Assembly (NCBI RefSeq): GCF_020745735.1
Contig: NC_083427.1
Location: 3,007,438-3,071,437 of the forward strand
DNA from: Hemiscyllium ocellatum
Lineage: Eukaryota
DNA length: 64,000 bases
Direction of reading: 5' to 3'
Shown here: positions 12,330-25,959 of the stretch, in pieces
Layout: every line of letters starts with the position of its first letter
Position numbering within the stretch: the first letter of the stretch is position 1
Position numbers and translations under genes: made by a program
Notes under the pieces: generated by a model
Told to the model about the DNA's origin: nothing
The model's database searches: none
The model's input: only the letters and a program-made list of their open reading frames with translations

Positions 12330-12890
12330 AGATCAGTTTTATCAGCTCCGGGACAGATCTGCAGAAATTCTTCCATGTTTAGTCCTTGACCCAACAATTT
12401 TCAGCTTCTTTGTCAGTGATATTTCCCAGATCACAATGTCAGAAGTGGGGAATGCTTGCCAGTGATTGCGCAATGTTCAGTAGCATTCCTGACTCCTCAA
12501 AAATTGAAGCAGTCCATTTATAAATGCAGTAAGACCAAGAAAATATCCAGACTTGGCCCGAGAAATGGCAATGATATTCATACCATACAAGGTGCAGACA
12601 ATGATCGACCCCGACAGGAGATATGTAACCATTCACCATTGACATTCAACTGCATTACCAACAATGAGGCTTCTAGTATCACAATAGTCATGATTGCCAT
12701 CGACCTAAAACAAAACTGGAGTCTCCACATAAAACTACTTGCTGCATGAAAATGCTACAGGTTCTGAGTACTGCAACGATTAACTGACATCCAGATTCCC
12801 CAAAGTGTGACCACCAACTGTAAAACACATGTTGCATCGTGGTGGAGCATTCCTTCTCCTCCAACTTTGTTTGATCCACCTAAACCTGGT
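12330..12890 (+). mobile_element. Decayed non-LTR retrotransposon RT fragment (CR1/L2 group, distinct family)
   Basis: Degenerate ccattgacattcaactgcattacc...aaaactggagtctccacataaa RT C-terminal sequence. Confidence 0.5.
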
Positions 12891-13549
12891 TGTGGACTCT
12901 GAGATCACTCCCCATTCTTCTGAACTCTAGTGAATACAATCTGAACCAGCACAACATTTCTTCACATGTCATGTCATGCCATTTCAGGACACAGTTTAAC
13001 AAAATGTCGCTTTATTTGTTGTATTGCAAGAATATCCTTCCACAGATTCGAAGATTAAAACTGCACTATTCCAAATGTGGCCTTATAAATGCTATGCTTA
13101 ATTGCAGCAAAACATCCTTTTTCGTATTCCCGAATATTCTCAGTATAAAGGCCAACTGTAATTCGCATTATTTATTGACTGTTGCTCCGTGATTGGTGCA
13201 TGAGGAAACCCAGGTCTTGTAGAACATATTCTTCTCTGCTTTCTTATTTTTCCAATCAAAGTGAATATTATCATATTCTTCCAAACTATACTGGATCTGC
13301 TTTGCATTTGTCGACTCACTCCACCAGTCCACATCACATTCAATATCTCTGCATCCTCCTCACAGCTCATTCTTCCACCCAGTTTTGTGTTATCTAGAAG
13401 AAATGAGATATTATAGACACGTAGACACTGAAAATGGAAGCTAGGAGCAGGAGGAGGCCATTACGTTCTTCAAGCCTCTCCCAACAATTATTGGAGTCAT
13501 GGCTGATTGTCCAACTCAACAGCCTAATCCTGCTTTCCCCAATAACAGG

Positions 13550-13868
13550 GTGGGGTGGCACAGCGGCTCGGTGGTGAGCACTACTGTATTACAGCACCAA
13601 GGTCACAGGCTCGATTCCAGCCTTAGGCGACTGTCTATGTGGATTTTGCAAATTGTCCCTGCGTCTGCATGGGTTTCCTCTGGATGTTCCAGTTTCCTCC
13701 CATAGTCCAAAGATGTACAGATCAGGTGAATTGGCCATGCTAAATAGCCCAATGTTATGTGCATTACTCAGAAGGTAATGGGTCTGGGTGGGTTACCCTT
13801 TGGAGGGTCGGTGTGGACGTTTTGGGCCGAAGGACCTGTTTCCACAGTGTAGGGAACCTAATCTAATC
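13550..13868 (+). mobile_element. HE1-like SINE, full length, diverged
   Basis: tRNA-like head gtggcacagcggctcggtggtgagcact, body, and tail gtttccacagtgtagggaacctaatctaatc. Confidence 0.85.
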
Positions 13869-14142
13869 AAGCATTTGAACCAAAGTGCTACCTATAGGCA
13901 TACTCGCCATCGGGAATATCCTCCCTTCATCTAGTCCTGTCAGAATCTTATACATCTCTATGAGATTCCCCATTATTCAAATGAATTCCAACAAAAACAA
14001 TCCTAACGTCGTCAGTCTCGACTCATAACCACTGAGTCATCGTTTACCAGGCTGATTCTGGGGATGGCAGGACTGACGTACGAGTAGAGCGTTAAAATGT
14101 GAAACTTGATATTGAATCCAGGCGGCTGCACCTGGACAGAAG

Positions 14143-14425
14143 AGGCTCAGTAGTAGGCACTGCTCCTTCACAGCACCAGGGACACCAGGTTCAATCATAG
14201 CGTTGTGTGGAGTTTGCACAGTCTCCCCGTGTTTGCGTGGGGTTCCTCTGGGTGCTCTGGTTTCCTCTCATAATCGAAAGGTGTTCGAGTGAGTGTGGTT
14301 TGGCCAATCAAAATTGTCCATGCTGTTCAGAGATGTGTAGTTTAGGTGCATGAGACAAGTATAAATGTAAGGGAATGGGTCTGGATGGATTGTTGTTCGG
14401 ACTTGTTGAGTCAAAGGGCCTGATC
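14143..14425 (+). mobile_element. HE1-like SINE, diverged
   Basis: ggctcagtagtaggcactgctccttcacagcaccaggg...gtggagtttgcacagtctcccc. Confidence 0.75.
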
Positions 14426-15039
14426 CCTCATTCTAGGGAATTTATAAACCGTTGCTGTACTCACTTGACAGCAAGAGCCTCCCTCCTTAAAAAATGAGAC
14501 CAAACCTTCACACAATATGAAATGCATGGCATCACTTAGGCTTTGTATACTTGCAACAACCCACCCCTGCTCCAGTAATCGAAACTTGTAGCAAAGAAGG
14601 TCAAGATACATGCACCTTCTTTACCACCTGCTGCACCTGCATGCTTACCTTCAGCGACGGATGCACAAGGACGCCAGGTCCCGCTTCACACTCTCCCCTC
14701 CCAATTTACATCTGTTAAGGTAGCGATGTGCTTTCTTCTTTTGTGCTTCCAGTGTGAATATCCTCACGTTTTCTAAATTATGCTGCATCTGCCATTGACG
14801 TACCCACTCACTCAACTTGTCCATATCGTGTTGGAGGATCACTGCATCATTGTCACAGTTCACCACCCCACCCAGCTTGGTATTATCTGCAAGCTTTGAG
14901 ATGTTTTATTTTATTCCGTCTTTCAAAGACTAATATATATTGTGAATAACTGAGGTCCGAGCACCAATCCCTCTAGAGCCCCACTAGTTACTGCTTGACA
15001 AATTGAAAATTGCCCATTGATTCCTAAGTAATCGAAGTG

Positions 15040-18000
15040 TTTATGTAATCTCCCAAAGCCACGATTCTGGATGGTACATAATGGATTTGATTTTTATTTT
15101 AATCTTAGGTTATCCGTAACTTCATTGAATAATTTTGATTCTTGACCTGATTACCTCTGTAGTAGTCCATATCTCATAAAATATTTGCGTATATCTTCAC
15201 CAATCCTTTTACCTGTGATATTGCATAATGAAATGGCCAATGGAAATCTATTCGGCAGTCCATTATAGTCAATACTGCTTTCCACTTATTGTTTTAGGTA
15301 GGCTTCCTACCCAATCAGTTAAGACCGTTGTAAAGAAATACTTCAAATGTAGGAATAGGTATTAAATGTGTTTGTTTTATCACTGCCAGAGCATACAAGT
15401 TGATTAACTTCTTGTCATTTGTCATCAGTCTCAGTATTTGACGGTCTCCATTTCCTCATCAAGACGTCATCTTTAAAACTTTAACATTCTGTTATAAACT
15501 CAGATTATGCTTCTATGTATGTTTTTGGCACTTCTGTTGTTTGGTTCTACATCGTTCTGTTGTAAGTCAGTTAATTTCTCTGAATTAAAAATATCAAAGT
15601 TGTCCTCCACCAAGTGTTTTTTTTCCTCTCTTGTCTTTTGATGAAGCCTTTTCGACAATACTACAATTTAAAGTTCTAAATATTTATTCTTGGATTTGTC
15701 CTCCTGCTTCAACCTGTGGCCTTGTGACCTTGTACCCACGCAGTCAGGAAAAAAAGGGTAATGCCTCAGTTGCCGGATGTCAAAACAGCTTTTCAACAAC
15801 AGTAGGAAGCTCTCTCACCTGTCATCCAGCTGTGTCATTGCCAACGATTTCTGGAGTAGAGAGTTCCTGCACGAGTCTTACGACCACTTTTTTTTAGATT
15901 ACTTACAGTGTGGAAACAGGCCCTTCGGCCCAACAAGTCCACACCGACCCGCCGAAGCGCAACCCACCCATACCCCTACATTTACCCCCTACCTAACAAT
16001 ACGGGCAATTTAGCATGGCCAATTCTCCTGACCTGCACATCTTTGGACTGTGGGAGGAAACCGGAGCACCCGGTGTAAACCCACGCAGACACGGGGAGAA
16101 CGTGCAAACTCCACACAGTCAGTCGCCTGAGTCGGGAATTGAACCCAGGTCTCTGGCGCTGTGAGGCAGCAGTGCTAACCACTGTGCCACCGTGCCGCCC
16201 CCTATGCCACCGTGCCGCCCCCAAACTTCTCTAGTTTTCTCCAGAAACTCCTACCTCACCTCGTATAATGAAGTACACTTGTCTCACTGTGAATTCCTCA
16301 TCTTAGTACATTTTCTGGAAATAGTCCTTCTGAACTGAATATCGCTCATCTCTCTTGAATCTCTTGAAATTGAAATTTCTGCAGCTATTCCTCCTGGCAT
16401 ATGTGAGTAAACACTACCCTCGCAAGTAAATAATTTAAGAATATATGTTATTTCCCTCTCAATCAACCCTGACCAGTTTGTATATTTTGATCCAGTTTTT
16501 CAGGTTCGACAAAATCCAGTGTTTCATCCTGTTCTCTCACATCCGTCTTCCCAATGATTTTTTTCTCTAAACCATCAACACTACGACTTGTTCTGTCCTA
16601 ACTTAATGTAGTAAAATCCTGTGAGCTTTCTTTACTTCTCTTACCACCTCAAGGGTTTCGTTTTACACTGTGGTAAGCAATCCTTACGAATTTGAATGAG
16701 GTCTCCTTTTCCATTACCGTTTGAAAGTTACTCTTTTCCCCATTTTCTATCCATCACAGATTGAAATTCACGTCGGAAACCAAAATTTGATGTATGAACC
16801 AATTCACAATCACTGGCTATTTCCACCGCTAATCTTGTTTTGAATCTTTCACTCTTCCACATATCTACTTTGGAAAGTAAATTTTTGAATTCCTTCAATT
16901 CAATCGTTTCTCTAAGAGCGTCTTATGTTTGGTCTATGTTCAATGCCCTTATTCACCTGTCAAAATTACTTTGTTTGATCTTTTCACGTTCGACGTATCT
17001 TGGATCAGAGTTCCTCCTTAGATTGCACCAGCTCGGATGCACATAGGATCCCTTTCTTCACCTACTATACTTCCCAGATAACTACATTGATAGCGAAGCA
17101 ACTACACAACCAGCTTTACCTGTCAACTGCGTTTATATCAGCAAAATCCATGTGGTCATCCGCTACTTCATTCATTCAGGCAAATCTGATATCAAATGCA
17201 GAAGGTTTCTACATACGTCTTGTAGACTTTAAGCAATGTTTTGACATGTTTAAACATATCCCCACTAAGCGTTTGGCTATTATGCATTTGCTCGTTATCA
17301 CTATTCTCCTCATTAAACTCACCTTCTACCTTCACCTCTGCCTTTTTAAGTCGACTCTCCTCTCAAATTGCCAACTTCCAATGTTCGAATTCTCTGTCTT
17401 CCTCTCTTACATATTTTTCTTTCTCTTTATGCTCTACTTCTAATTGTAATTTAAATAGTTTCATTTCCTTTTCATTTTGAAGCTATTTGATTTGGAGCTG
17501 ACCTTTAGCCTTTTTTCCAAATGTTCTGATGTAATTTCCAGCAATTCTTAATGTGGAGCTTTTGCTGCAACTGTCTCCCCTTTCCTCACTGATCCGATTA
17601 GCTCCAACTCCAACTCGTTTGCCAATTCCAAATGATTTGCCTTGCACACTTTTACTAAACTCCCGATGTCACTTCTTCCACCCCCAGGAAACTATTTGTG
17701 ACTGAAAGAACCATTAGCACCCTGCGAAAACTAAATGAATTCAACACGTAATTAAAGACACGAAGACTGACCACTCACCACTTTTGAGTCCAACAATCCT
17801 AAACCCGATTTGGAATTGTAGATTTCGATCTCGAAAGGAGATTTCTTGTGGACCAAACCAGACTCGCTCTACATGTTGTAAGAATTTTTTTTAAAAGTAA
17901 GAAATATACTCCTTTTTTTCTTATTTTTAAGCTAGATGTGACGTGTTGTTTTCTGGATGTAATGTCATTGGTAAAACTACTAGGGGTTAAGCAAACCACA

Positions 18001-18515
18001 ATTCATTTAAACACTACAGTTAACTTGCAAATAAAAGAAAGAGGAATTCAGAGTAACGTAGCTATTAGATAGGTTACCAGAATAAGCGATGCAGTACTTG
18101 TTACTAATTAACTCTTCTCATATAGTAGCATACCATAAGCACAACCTTGGCAAAAAGATAAATACAACCATGGACTTTCGCATGTAGTTCTCGAAACCAG
18201 GAGGAAAATCCAACACCAAGAGGAAATTCAGAGCATATAGTAACTAGGAGACATGCAATTAAGCTTCCAACTTTTTTGAGGCCCCAAAGGTTCCTGCATA
18301 AAGCTAAATCTAAAATCTATCAAAAAACAAGAAAGCCTTCTCTGTGAGAGGTGGCCACACCCAGGCTGCTTCCATTGTTCCAGCTTAGACAAAAATCCCA
18401 AGGCCTCACAAATTGCTTACTTGTTTAGTGACAGTTCTGTGCATCTCATTGCAACTCTCTTCAAATTACTAACAGGTACAAAAACAAATCCTTAAAGTGA
18501 TAGCAAAATCATAAA
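15040..18515 (-). mobile_element. Decayed Gmr1-like Ty3/gypsy LTR retrotransposon (LTR-gag-PR-IN), interrupted by a SINE
   Basis: LTR-like segment about 17874-18515. gag starts at ATG 17714 (MVLSVTNSFLGVEEVT...; later ALRETIELKEFKNLL). Protease-like FTCEGSVYSH...EISISRDS at 16284-16466, PDCVGTRSQGHRLKQE at about 15690, and integrase core DWVGSLPKTISGKQY...YHPES at 15040-15330. Confidence 0.8.
15895..16222 (-). mobile_element. Young HE1-like SINE inserted in the gypsy relic
   Basis: Near-consensus gggcggcacggtggcacagtggttagcactgctgcctcacagcgccagagacc... to gtttccacactgtaagtaatctaa on the minus strand. Confidence 0.92.
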
Positions 18516-18589
18516 ATCAGGGATGAAGGCGCGTTCTTTTTTTTAAAGGGTGTTAGGGTGATAGGTCCCCACGGACAGATTGCATCTAC

Positions 18590-20800
18590 CTCACATTTTG
18601 ACAGAAACGAGAGAGGAGATTTTTGGGGCGTTGACTGGGATATTTGTATCGTTGCTAACCACTGGAGAGGTACCACAGGATTGATGAGTAGATAATGTTA
18701 TTTCCCAGTTCAAGAAGGTACAAGAAGTTCAAGATGGGAGGTGGGAAAATGAGAGGTCATGTACCTTGCTAGGTAAAGCAGAGTCATGGATTATTTTTAA
18801 ATGAGGAATAATTCAGAAGTCTGAAGTGCAAAGAGATTTGGGAGTTTTGGCCCTAAATTCTCTCAAGGTAAACTTGCAGGATGAGTCAGCAGTTAGGAAG
18901 GCAAATGCATTGATGGCATGTATTTTGAGCGGTCTTGAATATAAAAGCAAGGATGTACTTCTGAGGCTCTATAAAGCTCCGGTCAAGACACACTTGGAGT
19001 ATTATGCACACTTTTGCGCCCCATATCTCAGGTAGAGTGTACTGGCCTTGGAGTGTCTTCAGAGGAGACTCACAAGAATGGTCCCAGTAATAAATGGCTT
19101 AATGCATGAAGAACGTTTGAGGACTCTGGGTCTATATTCAATGGAGTTAAGAATGAGAGCGGATCTAATTGGCTCGTACAGAATGCTGAATAGTCTAGGC
19201 AGTGTGGATGTTGGGAAAATGTTTCCATTTGTAGGAGAGTCGAGGACCCGAGGGCACAGCCCTAGTATAAAGGAAAGACCTTTTAGAACGGATGTAAGGA
19301 CAAACTTCAGCCAGAGATTGACGAATCTATGGAAATTACTGTCACAGAAAGCTCTGGATGTCAGATCATTGAGTGCATGTAAGGCACAGATAGATTGATT
19401 CTTAATTGCAAAGTGGATCTAAGTTTCTGGGAGACAGCAAGACATTGGGATTGACAAGAACATCAGCCAATGATTGAATGGCGGATCAGACTCGATAGGC
19501 TGAATGACCGACATTTCTGTTCCTAGGTTGTATGATCTTGTGGTCTGAGGTAGATATGGATAATTGAGGAAAGCATAAACAGATAAGTCTCACATGCGTG
19601 ATTGGGAATCTACAGTATGGTATTCTTAGGAGTAGGATCTATGCACATTTGTAAAAGCATTGCCTAATTAGGGAGAGTCAGCATGGAGTTGTGCAGGTCT
19701 GGTTGTGTCTTCATAATAAGACTGAATTTTTTGAGGAGGTGACAAAGTCAATCCAGGAGGGTGCAACATTGAATGCTGCATGCATGGATTTTAAGAAGGT
19801 TTTTGATAGGCTCCCTCATAGTAGACTCATCCATAAGATTAAGTTGCATGTAATCCGTTTGGGTTCAGAATTGGTTTGACCGTTGATGGCCGAGGGAAGT
19901 GATGGAAATTTGTTTTTCTGGCTGAAGATCCCTGACAAGTGGTGTACTGTAGGGAATTGAACCTCTCCTGTTGTAATATACATAAATGACCTGCATAAGA
20001 ATGAAGATGGGGGGTGAGTAAGTTTACAGATGATAAAAAGATTGGTGAAGTTGTGGATGGGCTAGAAGGCTTCCAAAGGATACAGCGGGTTGCAGAAGCA
20101 TTGAAGTTGTTGGCATAGCATTGGCAGATGGAGTTAAGTCCGGGTAAGTGTGAGGGAGATCAAGTATTAAGGAAAATAGTACAATCAATGGCAGGAGCCT
20201 GATCAGCATTAATGTAAAGAATGATCTTGCAGTTCAAATCAATAGTGGGTGTTATAAAAGGCATGTGGCATGGTTGCCTCTATTAGATGAGGAATTGAGG
20301 ACAAGAGTCAGAATGCCATATTGCAACTTTACAAGACTTCGAATAACCATTCAATTCTGCTTACCACATTACAGGAAAGATGTGGAGGCTTTGGAGAGAG
20401 TGCAGTAAATGTTTACCAAGGTGCACCTAGATTAGAGGGCATGCCCTATATTGGGATGTTAGAAAATTCGGGTTATTCTACCTGCAGTGCCGGAGGCTAG
20501 GGGTACGCTTGATAAAATCGATAACCTTCTCCATTGATAGCGTTGACAGTCAGAATCGTTTTGTTTCAGAGTTGAAATGTCGAATTGTAGGGAGTGTTTA
20601 TTCAAAGTGAGAGGGGAAATTTTCAAAGGAGAATGGAGGAGCAAGTTTTTGTACACAGTGAGTGGTAGGTGTCTAGAACGCGCTGCCAGGAGTGATGGTG
20701 GAGGCAGATTGTACAGGGGTTTTTTTAAGAGACATTCAGATAAGCATATGAATATGCAAGGATTAGGAGATATTACTTTAACTTGTCCACGCGAAATTGC
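18590..20800 (+). mobile_element. Two adjacent CR1 LINE 3' fragments
   Basis: QRDLGVL...LLRLYKAPVKTHLEYYAHF...QRRLTRMVP with a 3' UTR ending about 19530, then a second copy with CMDFKKVFDRLPH. Confidence 0.85.
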
Positions 20801-23800
20801 CCATAGAGGTCAGAAATGTGTAGGTTAGATGCAGTAGACATGGAACATGCAAGGTTGCAGAGATAGGGAATGACTCTGGTTGGGGTGCTGTTCGGAGTTT
20901 TGGTGTAGACTTGTTGGGCAGACTGGCCAGTTTCCACAATGTGAGGATTCTATGATTCTATTCTATGATACTATTTTCGATACAATATTGTTCATGTGCT
21001 GTCCTGTTTTCAGTTGTATGAACTATGCCAACGTAGAGTCATCAAGGTCTGTAGCATTGTAGAAGCCCAGTCACGCCATCTGGGAACTAATCTGCTGAAC
21101 CTTCATTGTGCTCTCTCTACGGAAATTGTGCTTTCCCGTGATAAGGATTCAAAGATGTACACTGTAGGTGCTGTCGAAGAAAACTTCTCTGCTTAATGAA
21201 GTAACACTCTTCTACTCCAGAAATAAAATTCTTTTTTGTGATAACGGCTAAAATTCTATTTACCTTTCAAATAGCTTGTGCAAATGCATGTTAGCTATCA
21301 GTGACTTATTGACAAGGATATCCAAGATATTTTGCACCTCGACATTTCCTAAGCTCTAATCATTAACACATATTATGCACATACGTGTCTTTCTACAAGA
21401 GTGGGTCATCGTTCATTTTTCTAGCTTATTTTCCCTCTGTCATGAACTGATCAATGATTTTAAGTAGATTAGCACAAGATCGTCAGCGATTTTATTTCAT
21501 GCCTCCAGAATCCAGACCAAATGTCCCATGTGCTCTATTAAACTTCTTTTCCTGCTTTCTAGCCACTTCAGTAATGGGTCTCTGTGAAATTCCAGACCTC
21601 ATGTTCTTGAAACCTTAAAATAAATCATTCCCAAATATTGTCAATTTGAAACATGTTCCAGGTAGTGGGGGTGTAAACTTTCCTCCAAGTCATACAGCGA
21701 TATTTGTGTGATCAACTGTTTCTAACCTTCTGCATCTTCTTGGCGATATCAGCCGTGATGTCAATCATTTGCATGTTTTGTAAGTTGCTGTCTGCTCTTT
21801 ATCTCAGTAAATACATTCCAATTTTGCATGCTTGAGAAAAATCTTAATCATAAGCATCTATTTTAATCATATGTGTGGTATCGGATTTACGCAGATTGGG
21901 TTCACCCCTAATTTATGACATGTTTCAGTTTTTTATATTTGAAAGAAACAATATAGCATAAACATCTCGTAGCCTGAAAAATGCAATTAATGACATGGAT
22001 ATATACTTCAATCTAAGAAGTTGAACGAGCATTCTTTCGTTGAGGGAGAAAAACAGATCTTAGTTTGTGGTTTACTTTCTTTGTTTTTAAGTACAGACAA
22101 TTATTTAGGATTTATGTTTTTTTTTCTTTGTAAAACACCCTCAAGCTTCGAGACTACAAAATACTGAACAATTTTGGAGCTTTTGCCCTCCAGATCAGCC
22201 ACTTTTAAAGTTTGTGTGTACTGTGACATGTATCTGCACAATACAAGTTGCTGTGCTGATTATTCATTGACATTTCAATTCAATGCTGTGCTGTGCCAAT
22301 TAATTCAAGCACCTGTAAAAAACGCAAATTGTTAATTTTCATTGCGGCAATTCTACTAAAGCTGACTCTTGCCCACCTGCATGACTGTCGAAAGAAGTTG
22401 ATTTTCGTTTAATACCAAAATAAGTCAGTGAGTTTTAGTGTTTAAACATGTATTTTTCAGGAAACAAGACTAGAATCAAGATGCCCAGCAAGCAGATTTT
22501 CAATTCCTCTCTTAATTTCCTCGATGTCAATGACCAATAGCTTTGAGAGAAGATGTATGGCTGAGACATTGAGATATGAACTGAAGCAGAAGGGCTTGGG
22601 TGAAACTTGACTTCTCGGCCCTAACCTGTAACAGATGATTGTGAACAGCTTACAGAGAATGCTATTGTGTGGGACAGAATATTAAAATATCTGTGTGGGA
22701 TCAAGAATTGGCTGGAAGCACTGGACAAAGCAAAGACGATTGTTTTCTCCAATGTTCAAGCAGAGATATGGAGCATATGTGTTCCACAATTGGCAACTTC
22801 CTTATTTTAGTTCTTCTAGTGTAACGTAAGTGCTGTCATCTTCCAGCAAAGGAAAAATTTCACGAATGGATCCGGTCGATCGAGTGCAGAGGAAACACAT
22901 TAGACAAATCCCAGCTCACCGTTGTTCGCCATTTAAAAATTGAAGGACCTTCTCAGCGAAAGTGCAATTAACAATAACATGCACTCCAGCTCTCTGTTTG
23001 TCAAATCATTACAACCTTACCTCAAAGTACATATTTAAATTACTCACCTAGTTCAGTTTCTGGTTAACTCCTAAGATGGGCGCATGGGGGATTCCATGAT
23101 TGCAATGACAATGGATATCAGGTGATAAAAGCTAAGTTTTTTTATTGCTGCTTATTGGCTGGCGATGTAATGTGATAATGGCAGTTGTTAATTTCTCAGC
23201 CCAATCTGGAAATTTTCTAAGTCGTGCTGCATTTGGCCACAGACAGCTTCACACCCTGCACACCATGTGACTTCACTTTCGCTATTAGTTTATCACAGGG
23301 AACTTTATCAAACGCCTTACTAAAGTCCGTGCAACATCCCTCCCTTCATCTATCAACTTGGTCACTTCCTCAAAGAACTCTATCAAGTTTGTTAGGCAAG
23401 ACCTACCCCGCACAAAACCATATTGCCTGTCACTGACAAGTCCACTCTTTTCTAAATATAAATACATCACATCCCTCAGGAGTTGTGAATTGCGTTGAAT
23501 ATTGTGTCATCATTATCAAACGCCCTCACTTCTGATAATGTGATGATTAACGAAGCAGTTGAAGACAATTGCGTATTCAATACTACCTTAACTAATTCCT
23601 CCAGAGTTGTCCTTGGGCTGAGCTATCTCACCTCGAATTGCTACAGTTATCTTCCTTCTGACTAAATATGACGCCAATCAGACATAAGTGTTGATTTCCA
23701 TTGATCTTTCTTTTGCTAGTGCTCCTTGATCCTACACTCGATCAAGTGTAGCCTTGACTTGAGGGACTATCTCTTCTAGTTAACATCTGGAATTCAGTTC

Positions 23801-24184
23801 ACTTGAGTTGAGGTTATACTGATGCCAGAAGCTAAGAAGGTCTGGCGGAAGGCAAACTTATGGTAAAGCTGCTACTGCTGTTTAGCACTGCTGAGGACCC
23901 TTCCTATAATTTTATTAATGATCGTAATTATACTGATTACTGTTAATTTGTCGGGTTAGACAGGACATAATGAGACAACTATCATCATATTTGAGTGAGT
24001 GCCAGGCGCCTGTTATATTGGAACAGCTTAGCTAGCGGCACAGCAAGTTTTGGATGATATGTATTCAGTACCACTGTCACGATGTTGTCAGCGCTCACAG
24101 TCTTTGTAGTTCCCACAACCTTCAACCATTTGCCCATATCATCAAAAGTGAATCGAAACTAGACTGACACCTTTGATTTCTGGA

Positions 24185-25560
24185 CATTCCGGAGAAACAG
24201 GTATTGAAGGAGACTGGAATGTTGCTCATGTTGTCCCCCTGCACGACGACTGGAGGGTTTCTCATTTTGTCCCCCTGTACAAGAAGGGTAGTCGGGATAT
24301 TCTGGGTAACGACAGACCAATGAGTCTGACGTCAGTGGTAGGAAAGTTGCTGGAGAATGTACTGAGGAAGTGACCAAGTTGATAGATGAAGGAAGGGTTG
24401 TTGCATGGACTTTAGTAAGGCGATTGATAAGGTTCCCCATGGTAAACTAATAGCGAAAGTGAAGTCACATGGTGTGCAAGGTGTTCTAACCAGGTGGATA
24501 AATAACTGGTTGAGCAACAAGAGACAGAGTAGTCGTTGAGGGAGTTTCTCTAAGTGGTGAAAGGTCACCAGTGGTGTTCCACAGGGATCAGTGTTGGTGC
24601 CACTGTTGTTTGTGATATACATAAATGATCTGGAAGAGGGCACTGTTGGTATGATCAGCAAGTTTGCAGATGACACAAAGATTGGTGGAGTAGCAGAAAG
24701 CATAAGGGACTGTCAAAGAATACAGGAGACTATAGATGGACTGGAGTGTTGGGCAGGGACGGGGCAGATGGAGTTCAGTCCAGGCAAATGTGAGGTGAAG
24801 CATTTTGGCAAGTCTAATTCTAGAGCTAAGTATACAGTGAACGGGAGAGCCTTGGGAAAAGTTGGTGAGCAAAGAGATCTGGGAGTGCAGGTCCATTGTA
24901 CCCTGAAGGTTGCTGCACAGGTGGATTGAGTGGCCAAGAAAGCATATGGTATGCTTGCCTTCATCGGACGGGCTATTGAGTATAAGAGCTGGCAGGTCAT
25001 GTTAAAATCGTACACGATGTTGGTTCGGCTACATTTAGAATACTGTGTACTGTTCTGGTGTCCAGCTTACCAACAGGATGTGGATGCTTTGGAGAGGGTG
25101 CAAAGAAGATTTACGAGGATGTTGCCTGGTATGGAAGGTGTGAAGAGAGATTGAGTAGGTTAGGATTATTCTCATTAGAAAAAAGACCATTGAGGGGGAT
25201 CTGATTGAGGTCTACAAAATCATTAAGGATGTAGACAGGGTAGATAGAGATTAGGCTTTTTCCCAGGATGAAGGATTCAATAACGAAAGGTCACGCTTTC
25301 AAGATGAGAGGTGTAAAGTTCAAGGGGGATACACGCAGCATGTACTTTACACAGATGTTGGTGGGTGTCTGGAACGCGTTGCCAGCAGAGGTAGTAAAAG
25401 CAGGCACTGTAGATTCATTTAAGATGCATCTGTACAGATGCACGAGCAGGTGGGTAGCAACCAGATCCAGATGCTTAGGAATTGGGCAACAGGTCTGGAG
25501 AGTAGATTTGGATCAGCTCAGCCTGTTCGTAGGCTGTAAATTTTCTTTGTTCTTTGTTCT
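24185..25560 (+). mobile_element. CR1 LINE RT and 3' end
   Basis: PLLFVIYINDLEEGTVGMISKFADDTKIGG...KCEVKHFGKSN...QRDLGVQVH; 3' tail tttctttgttctttgttct. Confidence 0.92.
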
Positions 25561-25959
25561 TTGACTGACTACCTTCTCAAGGGCAACTTGTAATGGTCAA
25601 TAATTTCCATCTCAACTGTGTTATACACATCTCAATGAATTGACATTATTTGGACAAGAGAAGCACCCTAGTTGTCAATCAACAGCACATTCATTGCAGA
25701 TATTATTTTTGACAGAAGTGGACGGCTGGTGCTTAAGATGACAAAAAGCTACAATTTTACTTTCAAGCCTGGAAAAATATTGTTGGTCGCGTTCTGTCAT
25801 GAATTTTAGAACAAAGAATAAAGAATAACACCGCCCAAGAACAGTTCCATTTGCCCTACTATCCTGCGCCAACATATTTTGCCCTTCTATGCTATCTTCA
25901 CTTACAGGATCTGTAGCTCTCGAGTTGCTTTCCATTCATGCGTGCATCCAGGTAGTTTG

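Noticed and set aside
17000-17480. 147- and 79-aa plus-strand ORFs
   Set aside because: They are antisense to the purine-rich gag of the gypsy relic.
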